A stretch of DNA of 64,000 bases from Candidatus Zhuqueibacterota bacterium (GTDB taxonomy: Bacteria > Zhuqueibacterota > Zhuqueibacteria > Thermofontimicrobiales > Thermofontimicrobiaceae), in NCBI GenBank assembly GCA_049322915.1, contig JBMOPW010000007.1, positions 244,246 through 308,245 on the forward strand, given 5' to 3'. The number at the start of each line of letters is the position of its first letter. Position 1 is the first letter of the stretch. The position numbers and the translations under genes were made by a program. Positions 35,735-45,292 of the stretch are shown here, one piece after another. The notes under the pieces were generated by a model that saw only the letters and a list, made by a program, of their open reading frames with translations, had not been told where the DNA came from and did not search any database.

Positions 35735-37417
35735 ATGAAAATGTCAATTGATAAACTCGGTAATTTGCTGCTGGAAGAAAATCGAATCAGTCGCAGTCAG
35801 CTCAATCTGGCGCTGGATATTCAGAAACAGACCGGCGAGGATCTGAGCGATGTGCTGATTAAAAAGAACTGGATCACAGAGGAAGCACTGTTCACCCTGA
35901 TCGGCAAATCGCTGAACATTCCCTTCACGCGGCTTTCGACCACGCCGATTGATAAAGCCATCATCGATACCATTCCGCTGTCTATGGCGCGAAAATACAA
36001 AGTTATTCCCATCATCAAAATCGAGAATGAGCTGGTGGTGGCTATGGCCGATCCTCTGAATTTGCCGGCCATTGATGCGATTAAATACTATACCGGCTGC
36101 AAGCTACTCCTTTCCATCGCCCGACCGAAAGAGATCGAGGAGGCGATCAACAGATATTACAGCCTGAAGGATTCCATGACAAAAGTCGTGGAGGACATGA
36201 AGGAGCCGGAGCGCGACCTTCATGAGATCGAAGATGTGAATATCAGTGAGGATTCCGACGAGACGTCTGTGATTAAATTGGTGAATCTCGTCATGTTGCA
36301 GGCGATCCGCGATCGGTCGAGCGATATCCATTTCGAGCCGGACGAAGGTGTGTTCCGAATCCGCTTCCGAACCGATGGCTTGCTTCACGAAGTCTTCACC
36401 CCGCCGAAAAATCTACAGGCTATGATCATTTCCCGAATAAAAATAATGGCGGACATGGATGTCTCTGAGCGACGCATCCCCCAGGATGGGCGATTCAGTC
36501 TGAGAGTGGACGGCAAAGAAATCGATATTCGCGCATCGGTCCTGCCCACGGTGGAGGGCGAAAAAGCAGTGCTGCGCATATTGGACAAAGCGAGTTCCCT
36601 TTTGAAATTGAGCGATATGGGATTCAATCCTGCCATTTTGAAGACATGGGAAGAGGCGATTAAAAAAACCGAGGGGATTTTGCTCATCACCGGGCCCACC
36701 GGCAGCGGTAAATCGACCACGCTGTACGCCGTGCTGAACGCCATTAATTCCAAAGACAAAAACATCGTCACGGTGGAAAATCCGGTGGAGTACCGGCTGC
36801 CGATCATCAACCAGGTGCATGTGAATACAAAAGCCGGCATGACCTTTGCCAACGCGCTGCGCTCCATTCTGCGCCAGGACCCGGATGTCATCATGATCGG
36901 TGAAATCCGCGATCAGGAAACTGCTGAGATTGCGATCCGTTCCGCGCTGACCGGCCACCTCGTTTTTTCCACGCTGCACACCAATGACGCGCCCGGCGCC
37001 ATCGCCCGGTTGATCGACATGGGATTGGAGCCATTCCTTGTAGAATCATCGCTCATTGCGGTACTGGCCCAACGCCTTGTCCGGCGCATTTGTCCCAACT
37101 GCAAGATCGAAATAAAAATCGAAGAAGAAGCATTGAAGAAATTAAAGGCGCCGGATTTCATTGATCTGAGCAAAGTGTACAGGGGCAGTGGTTGCGCCGA
37201 ATGCAACTACTCCGGCTATCGTAAGCGGAGCGCCATCCATGAATTGCTGGTGGCTGACGAGACCATTCGCCGGCAGATTATCACCGGCGCTTCGACCGAT
37301 GATATCCGAAAAAGGGCGCGTGAAAATGGAATGCTGACGCTGAAAGAGGATGGCTTGCTGAAAGTGTCGCAGGGCATTACAACCATCGAGGAAGTCCTCC
37401 GGGTCACGTCGATTTAG
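35735..37417 (+). CDS. pilB: Type IV pilus/T2SS assembly ATPase (PilB/GspE family)
   Basis: N-terminal MshEN-like region, GPTGSGKSTT, LRQDPDVIMIGEIRD, TGH/STLHTN, CxxC-CxxC. Confidence 0.92.
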   Translation: MKMSIDKLGNLLLEENRISRSQLNLALDIQKQTGEDLSDVLIKKNWITEEALFTLIGKSLNIPFTRLSTTPIDKAIIDTIPLSMARKYKVIPIIKIENELVVAMADPLNLPAIDAIKYYTGCKLLLSIARPKEIEEAINRYYSLKDSMTKVVEDMKEPERDLHEIEDVNISEDSDETSVIKLVNLVMLQAIRDRSSDIHFEPDEGVFRIRFRTDGLLHEVFTPPKNLQAMIISRIKIMADMDVSERRIPQDGRFSLRVDGKEIDIRASVLPTVEGEKAVLRILDKASSLLKLSDMGFNPAILKTWEEAIKKTEGILLITGPTGSGKSTTLYAVLNAINSKDKNIVTVENPVEYRLPIINQVHVNTKAGMTFANALRSILRQDPDVIMIGEIRDQETAEIAIRSALTGHLVFSTLHTNDAPGAIARLIDMGLEPFLVESSLIAVLAQRLVRRICPNCKIEIKIEEEALKKLKAPDFIDLSKVYRGSGCAECNYSGYRKRSAIHELLVADETIRRQIITGASTDDIRKRARENGMLTLKEDGLLKVSQGITTIEEVLRVTSI

Positions 37418-37453
37418 ACCGGTCGCGTCCGGGGAAGACGGGTGTAACTGAGT

Positions 37454-38665
37454 ATGGAAAAATATTCGTATATCGCCGCCGACGTCAATGGCCGCGAAGT
37501 GAAAGGTGTGGTCGAGGCAAAAACCCGGCAGGATGTGCTGATAAAAATCAAGGACCAGGGACATTTCCCGCTTGAAGTGGCGCTCGTCCGAAACAGGCAG
37601 AGTTCACTCAGCCGCCTGCGGATTTTTCGTCACGTCAGCCAGAAAGAAATTCTCGTCTTTGTCATGCAGCTTTCCACCATAGTAAAAGCCGGCATGTCGC
37701 TGATATTTGGTTTAAATGTCATCATCAATCAGGTCAAAAATAAAGAGTTCAAAAAAATATTGCAGGACATCCGTTCTGAGGTGGCCAAAGGCCGCAACTT
37801 TTCCGATGTCTGCACGCGGTATCCTAAAATATTTCCGACGCTGTTTTCCAATATCATCAAAGCCGGCGAAGAGAGCGGTAAACTGGAACTCGTGCTGGAT
37901 CGCTATGCTGCCTATGTGAAGAACAATCAAAAAATTCAGGCCGAGGTAAAAGGCGCGCTGGCGTATCCTGCCATTCTGATGGTTCTCAGCGTCGTCGTGA
38001 TGGTGTTTCTCACGACGTTCATTGTGCCGAAATTCGCTGAAATTTTAAAATCATCAGGAACCGAATTGCCGACAACGACCCGATTGCTACTGGATTTCAG
38101 CGCGTTCATGCAGGCAAATATTCTCTATGTTGTGGTTGGCCTGGCGGCGCTCTTTGTGGCCATCGTCAAATACGTGCATACCAACTCCGGCAGTTATTAC
38201 TTCGATGTCCTGAAATTAAAAATTCCTGTTCTGGGTGAATTGATTTATAAGACAACCGTGTCGCGGTTCGTGAGAACAATGGGGACGTTGTTGTCCAGCG
38301 GGATCCCGTTTTTAAAGAATTTGAAATTAGCGACAGATGTGTTAAATAACAAAGCTATGGCTAATAAATTTGAGAAGATGTACGATAATATTGCTATGGG
38401 TGAAAAAATCGGTGAGCAATTCGACCGCACTAAGTTGTTTTCACCCATGGTGATACAGTTGATCACCATCGGCGAAAACTCCGGCACCCTGGATAAGATG
38501 TTCGATGAAATATCGGAGATATACGATCGCGAGATAGAGAGCAGCGTGAAGAATCTCACCACATCGTTGGAGCCTATCGTGCTGATCATTGTGGCGACCG
38601 GGATTGGCTTTATTGCCGTGTCGTTAATTTCTGCCGTCATGAAAGCTGTGAGCAGCTTCAAATAG
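37454..38665 (+). CDS. pilC: Inner-membrane platform protein (PilC/GspF family)
   Basis: AGEESGKL, ALAYP, GENSGTLD, LEP motifs; three TM helices. Confidence 0.92.
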   Translation: MEKYSYIAADVNGREVKGVVEAKTRQDVLIKIKDQGHFPLEVALVRNRQSSLSRLRIFRHVSQKEILVFVMQLSTIVKAGMSLIFGLNVIINQVKNKEFKKILQDIRSEVAKGRNFSDVCTRYPKIFPTLFSNIIKAGEESGKLELVLDRYAAYVKNNQKIQAEVKGALAYPAILMVLSVVVMVFLTTFIVPKFAEILKSSGTELPTTTRLLLDFSAFMQANILYVVVGLAALFVAIVKYVHTNSGSYYFDVLKLKIPVLGELIYKTTVSRFVRTMGTLLSSGIPFLKNLKLATDVLNNKAMANKFEKMYDNIAMGEKIGEQFDRTKLFSPMVIQLITIGENSGTLDKMFDEISEIYDREIESSVKNLTTSLEPIVLIIVATGIGFIAVSLISAVMKAVSSFK

Positions 38666-38848
38666 AGAACAAGGCCTTCCTGTGGATTTCCAATGGCAAT
38701 GAGGCGCGGCAGGATGCCCGAAGTTTCAATGCATAGTCAGATTCCGGCAGAATGGTTGTGGCCTTGTCTCTCAAGCGATCGAGGTTTTGAACCGGTATCG
38801 TTTTTTAATTAACCACTTTTTCATTCACCAAATTAAGGAGTAACGACA

Positions 38849-39400
38849 ATGAGAAGACGATTTTTCAGAAGTGAAAAAGGTTTTTCATTGGTTGAACTGT
38901 TGATAGTCATTGGGATTATCGGAATCCTGGCGACCATTGTGATTATGAACATGAGAGGCTCAGAGACAGGGGCCAAAGAGACAAAGCTCAAGGCCAACCT
39001 GAATATTCTGAGACAGGCGCTGGTTGCTTATCACTCGGATCACGGTTTTTTTCCGTGCACCACGAATGATCATAACAGCAGTGGCAGTGAATTCACGTTT
39101 GTGCATCAGTTGACCTGGTATACCAATGCTGAAGGAAAACCCTCGCAGACAAAAGATGAGGAATATCGCTTCGGGCCGTACATTCAGGAATTCCCGGCCA
39201 ACCCATTCTTTGAAGGCGCGGATACAGATGTCGCAACCAAAGTGCAAATTGATGTCAAAGGCGAAGACATTCTGGAGGCCTTGAAAAAGAAAGTGGCCAG
39301 CGGAAACGGCAAGTCTGGCTGGTATTTTCAGGCAAGGAGCGGCAACGTCGTAGCAAATCTCGGCAGTGATGAATTCTCCGATAAATATGTCTACTTTTAA
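38849..39400 (+). CDS. Major type IV pilin/pseudopilin (GspG-like)
   Basis: Class III signal EKG/FSLVELLIVIGIIGILA; strong SD AAGGAG; FGPYI-EFPANPF. Confidence 0.9.
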   Translation: MRRRFFRSEKGFSLVELLIVIGIIGILATIVIMNMRGSETGAKETKLKANLNILRQALVAYHSDHGFFPCTTNDHNSSGSEFTFVHQLTWYTNAEGKPSQTKDEEYRFGPYIQEFPANPFFEGADTDVATKVQIDVKGEDILEALKKKVASGNGKSGWYFQARSGNVVANLGSDEFSDKYVYF

Positions 39401-39727
39401 TATGAGCAAAAAAGTTTGACACTACGAACGAAGTCAAAATCGGGAATAGTCCAATTTGGGTATTTCACCTTCAGTGAAAAGAGAGTCATCATTTCAAGTA
39501 CCATCATTGCTATTCCCGATTTTGCTATTTGGAGTATCTGCTCAGGTTCCAGGTTTCAAGGATTCTGGTTCCGGGTTAATAATAATTTTCGTCGCTATTC
39601 AGGCAGGTAGTCTTGCCACGAAGTCGCCAAACTACAAGGCTACACGAAGATACCATTTTATTCATTCATATTTTGTGAGATTCAATTTTTTTAAATGAAG
39701 TACAGCTTTTCTGAATCGATAATTTAG

Positions 39728-39888
39728 CCTGCATTATTCATAGTATTTTTAAAGGAGGCTGGCTAACTTGAATGGTGCTCTTATTAGAATAAACGTACAA
39801 AAACCGAGTTTCAAAATAGCTTAGCCTTTAGCGAATTGAAAATCTGAATGTCGACTCAAATTCTGACCAAGTTCGTGAATGATTCAGG
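39728..39888. mobile_element. 161-bp MITE, copy 2
   Basis: Same element as 34712; TTAG direct repeat on both sides; CCTG...CAGG termini. Confidence 0.88.
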
Positions 39889-40024
39889 TTAGATATATTT
39901 TTTTCTTCGTGCCTTTGAGGCTTTGTGGCTCGCCAGTTACGAATATTCATTTAAAAATATTCATAATGAAATGATTCTAACCTTGAACCCTGAACCAGCC
40001 AACCTGAGTAGTTGCTATCTGGAT

Positions 40025-40453
40025 ATGATAAGACAATATTTAAATAATTCGCGCCGGTTCAGCCATCATCAGGGAGCGATAGCGATCCGGCAAAGCGAGG
40101 CCGGATTTACGCTGGTTGAGGTGCTGGTGACCCTGGTCGTATTCGGGGTGCTGGCCGCGTCTGTCCTGTCGCTGTTCAAAGAGAGCTCCGTGAAACAGCG
40201 GCATGTTATGCACAAAGTGGTGGCCCTGAATTTTGCTCAGGCAGGGATGGAGGGAGTGTTCGCCGATAAATTTTCGCTGGGATTCGATGCGCTGAAAACG
40301 AATCGCTACACGACAGACAGATTCAATGGAGTGATGCGCGTGATTCACATCGATTCGCTGAGTCAGAACATGAAGAAAGTATGCGTCATGGTGGAATGGT
40401 TCGATCAGCGGGACAGCCTTGTGGCGTTAGTCGGGAGATATCAGGGTATATGA
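40025..40453 (+). CDS. Minor pilin (PilV/GspI-like)
   Basis: EAG/FTLVEVLV N-methylation motif; ATG 40025 preferred over the ORF-track start. Confidence 0.8.
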   Translation: MIRQYLNNSRRFSHHQGAIAIRQSEAGFTLVEVLVTLVVFGVLAASVLSLFKESSVKQRHVMHKVVALNFAQAGMEGVFADKFSLGFDALKTNRYTTDRFNGVMRVIHIDSLSQNMKKVCVMVEWFDQRDSLVALVGRYQGI

Positions 40454-40944
40454 AAAAGGCACGTGATCAGCGCGGTGTAACGCTCATCGAATTGCTCATC
40501 GCAGTGGCGCTCTTCGGAATCATATCGGTGGCCCTGGTTCAGTTATACCAGTCAGCGATGATGAACTGGGCCAGAACGACGTCGCAAGCGCAGTTGGCAG
40601 AAAATATCCTACGCCTGTCGCAATCCCTGAACGCCGACGTCCACGAGGCCAGTCGCTTCGTGCAGGTGGAAAAGAACGTCCTTGTGCTCGCGCGCGGAAG
40701 CGACCGCATCCGGTATTCTGTTGAGAACACGAAACAGGGGTTACAGATTGTCCGGGAAGTGCGAATGGAGGACTCGAAGTGGCGCCGGGAGCCCGGCTAT
40801 CCCGTGGCAGATTTTCAAACCGATCGTCAGGGCGGTGCGCCCGTTGTTCAATGGCAAAAGAGAGCTGCGCACTGTATCGATGTGGAGGTTTCCCAACCCG
40901 GTTTCCGATTTCAAACCACGATCACGAAAAGAAGCGCGCTGTGA
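40450..40944 (+). CDS. Minor pilin (PilW/GspJ-like)
   Basis: QRG/VTLIELLIAV; ATGA coupling to the upstream gene. Confidence 0.82.
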   Translation: MKKARDQRGVTLIELLIAVALFGIISVALVQLYQSAMMNWARTTSQAQLAENILRLSQSLNADVHEASRFVQVEKNVLVLARGSDRIRYSVENTKQGLQIVREVRMEDSKWRREPGYPVADFQTDRQGGAPVVQWQKRAAHCIDVEVSQPGFRFQTTITKRSAL

Positions 40945-41414
40945 ATCGAAGAATATTACCTGATAAAAAACAGGATCAACGCGGCGGGATATTAATACTC
41001 ACACTGATCCTCATGTCACTTTTAATGGTCTTTGGGATTTCCCTCGTCTCGATTTTGTCAGGCGAATATCGCCTGGCTTCTTCTGTGGAAGGTTCCATGA
41101 AAGCGTTCTACCTGGCGCAATCCGGCATCGACCGGGCGATTGTGAATTATCTGGCGCTGGACGAAAATGGCGCCTGGACAGATGATCAGAATCAGGAGTT
41201 GATTGTGAATGAAGAATTTGGCGATGGCCGCTACAGTGTTGTCTCGAAACAAGGACTGGAAAATGTGATAATTCTGAAAGCAGTGGGACGCTTTCGCGCC
41301 GTTGAAAAAACGGTGGAAGTGCTGGTTCATATCGATCGAACGAAGCAGCCTGCCGCCATCTCAATTTTAAAATGGCGCGAGCAGAAAACAGATTCACTCA
41401 CTATTGTTCCATAA
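40941..41414 (+). CDS. Minor pilin (PilX/GspK-like, lacks Glu5)
   Basis: QRG/GILILTL and AFYLAQSGI; GTGA coupling to the upstream gene. Confidence 0.82.
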   Translation: MNRRILPDKKQDQRGGILILTLILMSLLMVFGISLVSILSGEYRLASSVEGSMKAFYLAQSGIDRAIVNYLALDENGAWTDDQNQELIVNEEFGDGRYSVVSKQGLENVIILKAVGRFRAVEKTVEVLVHIDRTKQPAAISILKWREQKTDSLTIVP

Positions 41415-41429
41415 ACCGGTGGGATTTGA

Positions 41430-44400
41430 ATGCATGACCTGGATTTGAAAACAGCCGAGAAAGCTGCCTCAGCCGCAGAGGGCATTCGCTACTTCATTTT
41501 GAAGATTTCGGAATTGCTGCGGCGCTCAGCGGACGAGAAAGAATCCCTGAAAGTCAACCGTTTGATTTATGAAAGAATAAAACGGATCGAACTGTTAGGC
41601 GCGGTGCAGGGCAATCCGCAGATCGAAAATCTGGCTGTCAATACGTCCATTGCGCTGCAAAATATTTTCAAATATTCAAAGAATCTCCGTCGGGAATTTT
41701 TTTTGGAAGTCAAATATTTCCTCGCTGCAGTGCATGCGCTCATGCCGGATGCCGGTGATGGCGCAGAACCTGAATTACCGGATGAAAGTGACTTTTGTGA
41801 CCAGCCTTCAGATGGCGCGGCCGAAGCGTCTGCCATGCGCATTGACCCTGAGGGCCAGGTCCATGCCGATGTCAATTTTGATGATATTGAGATACTTGCT
41901 GCCACCGGCAGCGATGAAAATCGGCAGAATACCAGCGCTGAAATGGCGCGCAGCCCGGAAGTGAGATTGGCCGAAACGGATGCGGATTTGCCGGGCGATT
42001 CCGCAGCGGACGGTCGGGAAATGGCCGGAGGGCCGAAGGACAGTTCGCAATCGAAGTTAGCCAGTCAAATTCAGGAAATACCACAGAATGCCTCTCCTGC
42101 GTCAACGGACGAGCCGCCCGATGGTCAGGAAAAATTAAAGAATTCGCCTCAGACTGAAATTGAATATGGAACCCACCTCATTGAAAACAGAGTGGAGCCG
42201 GAACTGGATTCGATACTCAATGAGGTGAACTCATTTTTTACCGAACCGGGCCAGAGCGATTCAGAACTTCATCGATGCCACCCCGGGTCGGAGACAGAGA
42301 AATTGCCGGATCTGACCGACAGGGAGATGACGGAAGAAGAAGCCAATTGGTACGAGGCGTTGTTCAGCGGCGAGCCAGTCCCTGAACAGACGCAGCCCGG
42401 GGAGTTGAATCGGTCGGACGTCGATGCATCGGTTGATGAAATATTACAATCCGAATTGCTCTTTTCGGAACTGGATGAAATCGATGCCGGGTATGGCGAC
42501 GAGGAATCTGCCACGCCGGAGAAGGAACAAGGTGCTGTCCGAACGACCAGGCCGGCGGACGATGCGCTTTCTTGTCTCGACGGTCGAATCGTCGCTGCGC
42601 CGGCGGAAGAGGAACTGGTCCGAAAAGAGGCCGGGCCAGTCGGGATCGATGCTGCGTCTGAAGAAAAGGCGGCAAAGGCGGCGGATTGGCAGGAGGAGCT
42701 CGATGACCTCGAATTCCAGTTGTTGACGGTCGTTCAGCAGGGCGTCCCTGCACGGAGCGAATCGGCAGAGGCGATCAGCGGACGCTCGCCGGGACCGGAC
42801 ACGACCGATAGGGATGGGCGGCCGAACCGAAATGCTGCTGTGGTGGCAACGGCGCTGGCGGATGGTTCCGACGAAAAAAATGCCCACGAAGCCAGGCATG
42901 AACCTGGTGAGGCAGTGGTCAGGGAAGAAGCATCCGAACAGGTGCGGGAACGAAACCTGTCAGGGACCGATGCCGACGAAGCGCCGTCCTTTGCATTTGA
43001 TGAAGACCTGCGCCCTGATAATGCGGCCATCGGTCTCGACATCAGCACGGCGGCGCTCAAGATCGTCGTTCTGAAACATGAAAATGATGCGGTTGAACTG
43101 GTGCACTGGCGTATTTACGATCTGGATCCGGATGAATCGGACGACGAACGTCAGAAAAATATCAAGCACATCTGGGCCAGTTTTTTGACCAGCTACAGGC
43201 AACTCAGGAAACTGCCGGTCATTGCTTCGCTGATCAACAATTCCGTTCTCATTCGCTACCTGACTTTGCCGAATATGTCGGACGCCAATTTCATGAAATC
43301 GGCCACGCTGGAAATTCAATCGGAGCTGTTTTTCCCGGAAGATCAGGTTAAGATTTTCAGCTACCCGTATCGCGTCGCCGAAGGGAAGAAAAGCAAGCAC
43401 AAGACTGGAATTTTGTTGGCCATTGAACATCGGATTTTGGACGAGATAATGAATCTCATTAAAACCGCGAATATCAGGGTTGCCAGGCTTTGTATCGATT
43501 CATTGGCATTGACTCAATATTGCGCCGATGACTCGGCTGCTGCGCGCGCTATTATCGATCTCGGCGCGGAAAAGGTGAAGCTGGTGATTGTGCAGAACAA
43601 TGAGATACGGCTGGCGCGAAATATTGATAGCTATGAAAAAAGCATCACTACAGAAATCGCTGAGTTCATGGGCATCGACCTGAACGAGGCCGAGGCAGTG
43701 AAACGGAACCTGTGTTTTGTCGCAAGCGGGAGTGCCGGTAAAAAATACCAATTGGAATTGTCCACCGGAGAGGACATCAACATACAAAATGTCGTGTATC
43801 CGCTTTACAGCAAATTGGCCGATGAAATTCAACTGACTCTTCAATACTTCAATTCCAACAATGAGGAAAAGGTTGGGAGTGTGCAACTCACCGGCGGTGG
43901 GGCGCTCCTGCAGGGCATCGATGCTTACCTTGCTTACATTTTAAACCTGCCGGTGACTATTGCCGATATTAAAAGCAGCGTGCGGGTATCGGAACAGGCC
44001 TGGGCTTCGAACCTGTTGCGGCGTGTTTCGCCCAGATTGGCTGTGGCTGTGGGACTGGCTTTGTCCCACTTTCGACCGATAGATTTCTTGACAGATATCG
44101 ATCTTCGAAAAAATGTCAAAATCAAAAAGCCGGCAATCAAATTCGGGTCTGCCAGATGGCTCCTGCCCATTGCTGCATGCCTCCTTCTGCTCACGGCCAG
44201 TCCATTGACTTTTTTTAAAATTCAGACGATGAAATATCAGAAAAAGCTGGAAATGAAAAAGGCGATGGTCGGGGAAATGACGAGGGCGGTTGAATCGCTG
44301 AAAAGTTACGAAGGGATGAAGGAAAGGCTGGATACGCAGATTCAGAATATTCAATTGTTGAAAAAACAGCAGCCGCGCTGGTCCAATGTGCTGAAAATTT

Positions 44401-44738
44401 TGAGCCGGCATAGTCCCAATTCTCTCTGGCTCAATCTGTTCAATGGTCGTTACGAAATGATCGATGTGGAAATTGAAAAAAGCGAACTGGCACCTGGCGA
44501 AGATGCGCCGGTGGATTCCGATGAATCGCCCAAGCAAAAACTGCCCGTATTGAATCTGACATTGAAAGGTCTGACTCTCGATCAGTACCAAATTCAGGAT
44601 TTCATTTCCCGGGTCGAAAAAGATGATAGTTACCAGCCCATTCAATTCAGCAAAATAATAACCCGCGAAATTCCGGCTAGCAAGGTCACGCAGTTTGATG
44701 CAGACGGTCGGGTCAACATTTCTGGACATGGGAGATAA
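41430..44738 (+). CDS. PilM-PilN fusion with N-terminal HPt-like helical bundle and long acidic linker
   Basis: PilM motifs IGLDIS, IIDLGA, LTGGGA, AVAVGLAL; then TM, coiled coil and WSNVL...LWL (PilN); residues ~105-520 D/E/P/A-rich. Confidence 0.85.
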   Translation: MHDLDLKTAEKAASAAEGIRYFILKISELLRRSADEKESLKVNRLIYERIKRIELLGAVQGNPQIENLAVNTSIALQNIFKYSKNLRREFFLEVKYFLAAVHALMPDAGDGAEPELPDESDFCDQPSDGAAEASAMRIDPEGQVHADVNFDDIEILAATGSDENRQNTSAEMARSPEVRLAETDADLPGDSAADGREMAGGPKDSSQSKLASQIQEIPQNASPASTDEPPDGQEKLKNSPQTEIEYGTHLIENRVEPELDSILNEVNSFFTEPGQSDSELHRCHPGSETEKLPDLTDREMTEEEANWYEALFSGEPVPEQTQPGELNRSDVDASVDEILQSELLFSELDEIDAGYGDEESATPEKEQGAVRTTRPADDALSCLDGRIVAAPAEEELVRKEAGPVGIDAASEEKAAKAADWQEELDDLEFQLLTVVQQGVPARSESAEAISGRSPGPDTTDRDGRPNRNAAVVATALADGSDEKNAHEARHEPGEAVVREEASEQVRERNLSGTDADEAPSFAFDEDLRPDNAAIGLDISTAALKIVVLKHENDAVELVHWRIYDLDPDESDDERQKNIKHIWASFLTSYRQLRKLPVIASLINNSVLIRYLTLPNMSDANFMKSATLEIQSELFFPEDQVKIFSYPYRVAEGKKSKHKTGILLAIEHRILDEIMNLIKTANIRVARLCIDSLALTQYCADDSAAARAIIDLGAEKVKLVIVQNNEIRLARNIDSYEKSITTEIAEFMGIDLNEAEAVKRNLCFVASGSAGKKYQLELSTGEDINIQNVVYPLYSKLADEIQLTLQYFNSNNEEKVGSVQLTGGGALLQGIDAYLAYILNLPVTIADIKSSVRVSEQAWASNLLRRVSPRLAVAVGLALSHFRPIDFLTDIDLRKNVKIKKPAIKFGSARWLLPIAACLLLLTASPLTFFKIQTMKYQKKLEMKKAMVGEMTRAVESLKSYEGMKERLDTQIQNIQLLKKQQPRWSNVLKILSRHSPNSLWLNLFNGRYEMIDVEIEKSELAPGEDAPVDSDESPKQKLPVLNLTLKGLTLDQYQIQDFISRVEKDDSYQPIQFSKIITREIPASKVTQFDADGRVNISGHGR

Positions 44739-45289
44739 TGGCGTCTGAATTTTTTAAATTGAATGCAACGAAAGAGCAAAAGATACTTCTGGCGATTTTG
44801 GGCAGTCTTATCATCGGCGTATTGGTGTTTCAGTTCCTGCTATTGCCGCCGTATCAGAATTACCGGCGCGTGCGGGCGGCGAATGCGGAGATGGATGACA
44901 AGCTCAATCATTATTACGGGCAGATCGTGCAAATGAAGCGCCTGCAGCGGCAGTATCAGGAAAGCGCCATATTCCTGGCAGGCACTAAATCTGAAATGTC
45001 AATGGACGGGTCCCAATTGTTGACCATGTTGACGAAAAATTCACCGGTTGAGAAGTTTTCGTACTCGTCAATCGAGATAAAAAATCCGGAAGTCCGCGCG
45101 GATAGTATTGTTCAATATCCCTTCGAGATTGGATTCGAGGATGATTACAGGGGCATTGTGCAGTATTTGCTCTACCAGGAATCGTGTCTGCCCATTTCGT
45201 TTATCAATGAAATTGAAATAAAAAATGACAAGAATGATCCTTCCAAATTAGAGACAAAAATTACCGGCGTTATTTACAAAGTGAATTGA
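44738..45289 (+). CDS. PilO/GspM-like protein
   Basis: N-terminal TM, coiled coil, YPFEIGFEDDY; follows the PilN portion. Confidence 0.75.
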   Translation: MASEFFKLNATKEQKILLAILGSLIIGVLVFQFLLLPPYQNYRRVRAANAEMDDKLNHYYGQIVQMKRLQRQYQESAIFLAGTKSEMSMDGSQLLTMLTKNSPVEKFSYSSIEIKNPEVRADSIVQYPFEIGFEDDYRGIVQYLLYQESCLPISFINEIEIKNDKNDPSKLETKITGVIYKVN

Positions 45290-45292
45290 ATT

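Noticed and set aside
34712..39888. Composite transposon carrying pilB-pilC-pilin
   Set aside because: Each MITE has its own distinct target duplication (ATAG versus TTAG), indicating separate insertions rather than one composite event.
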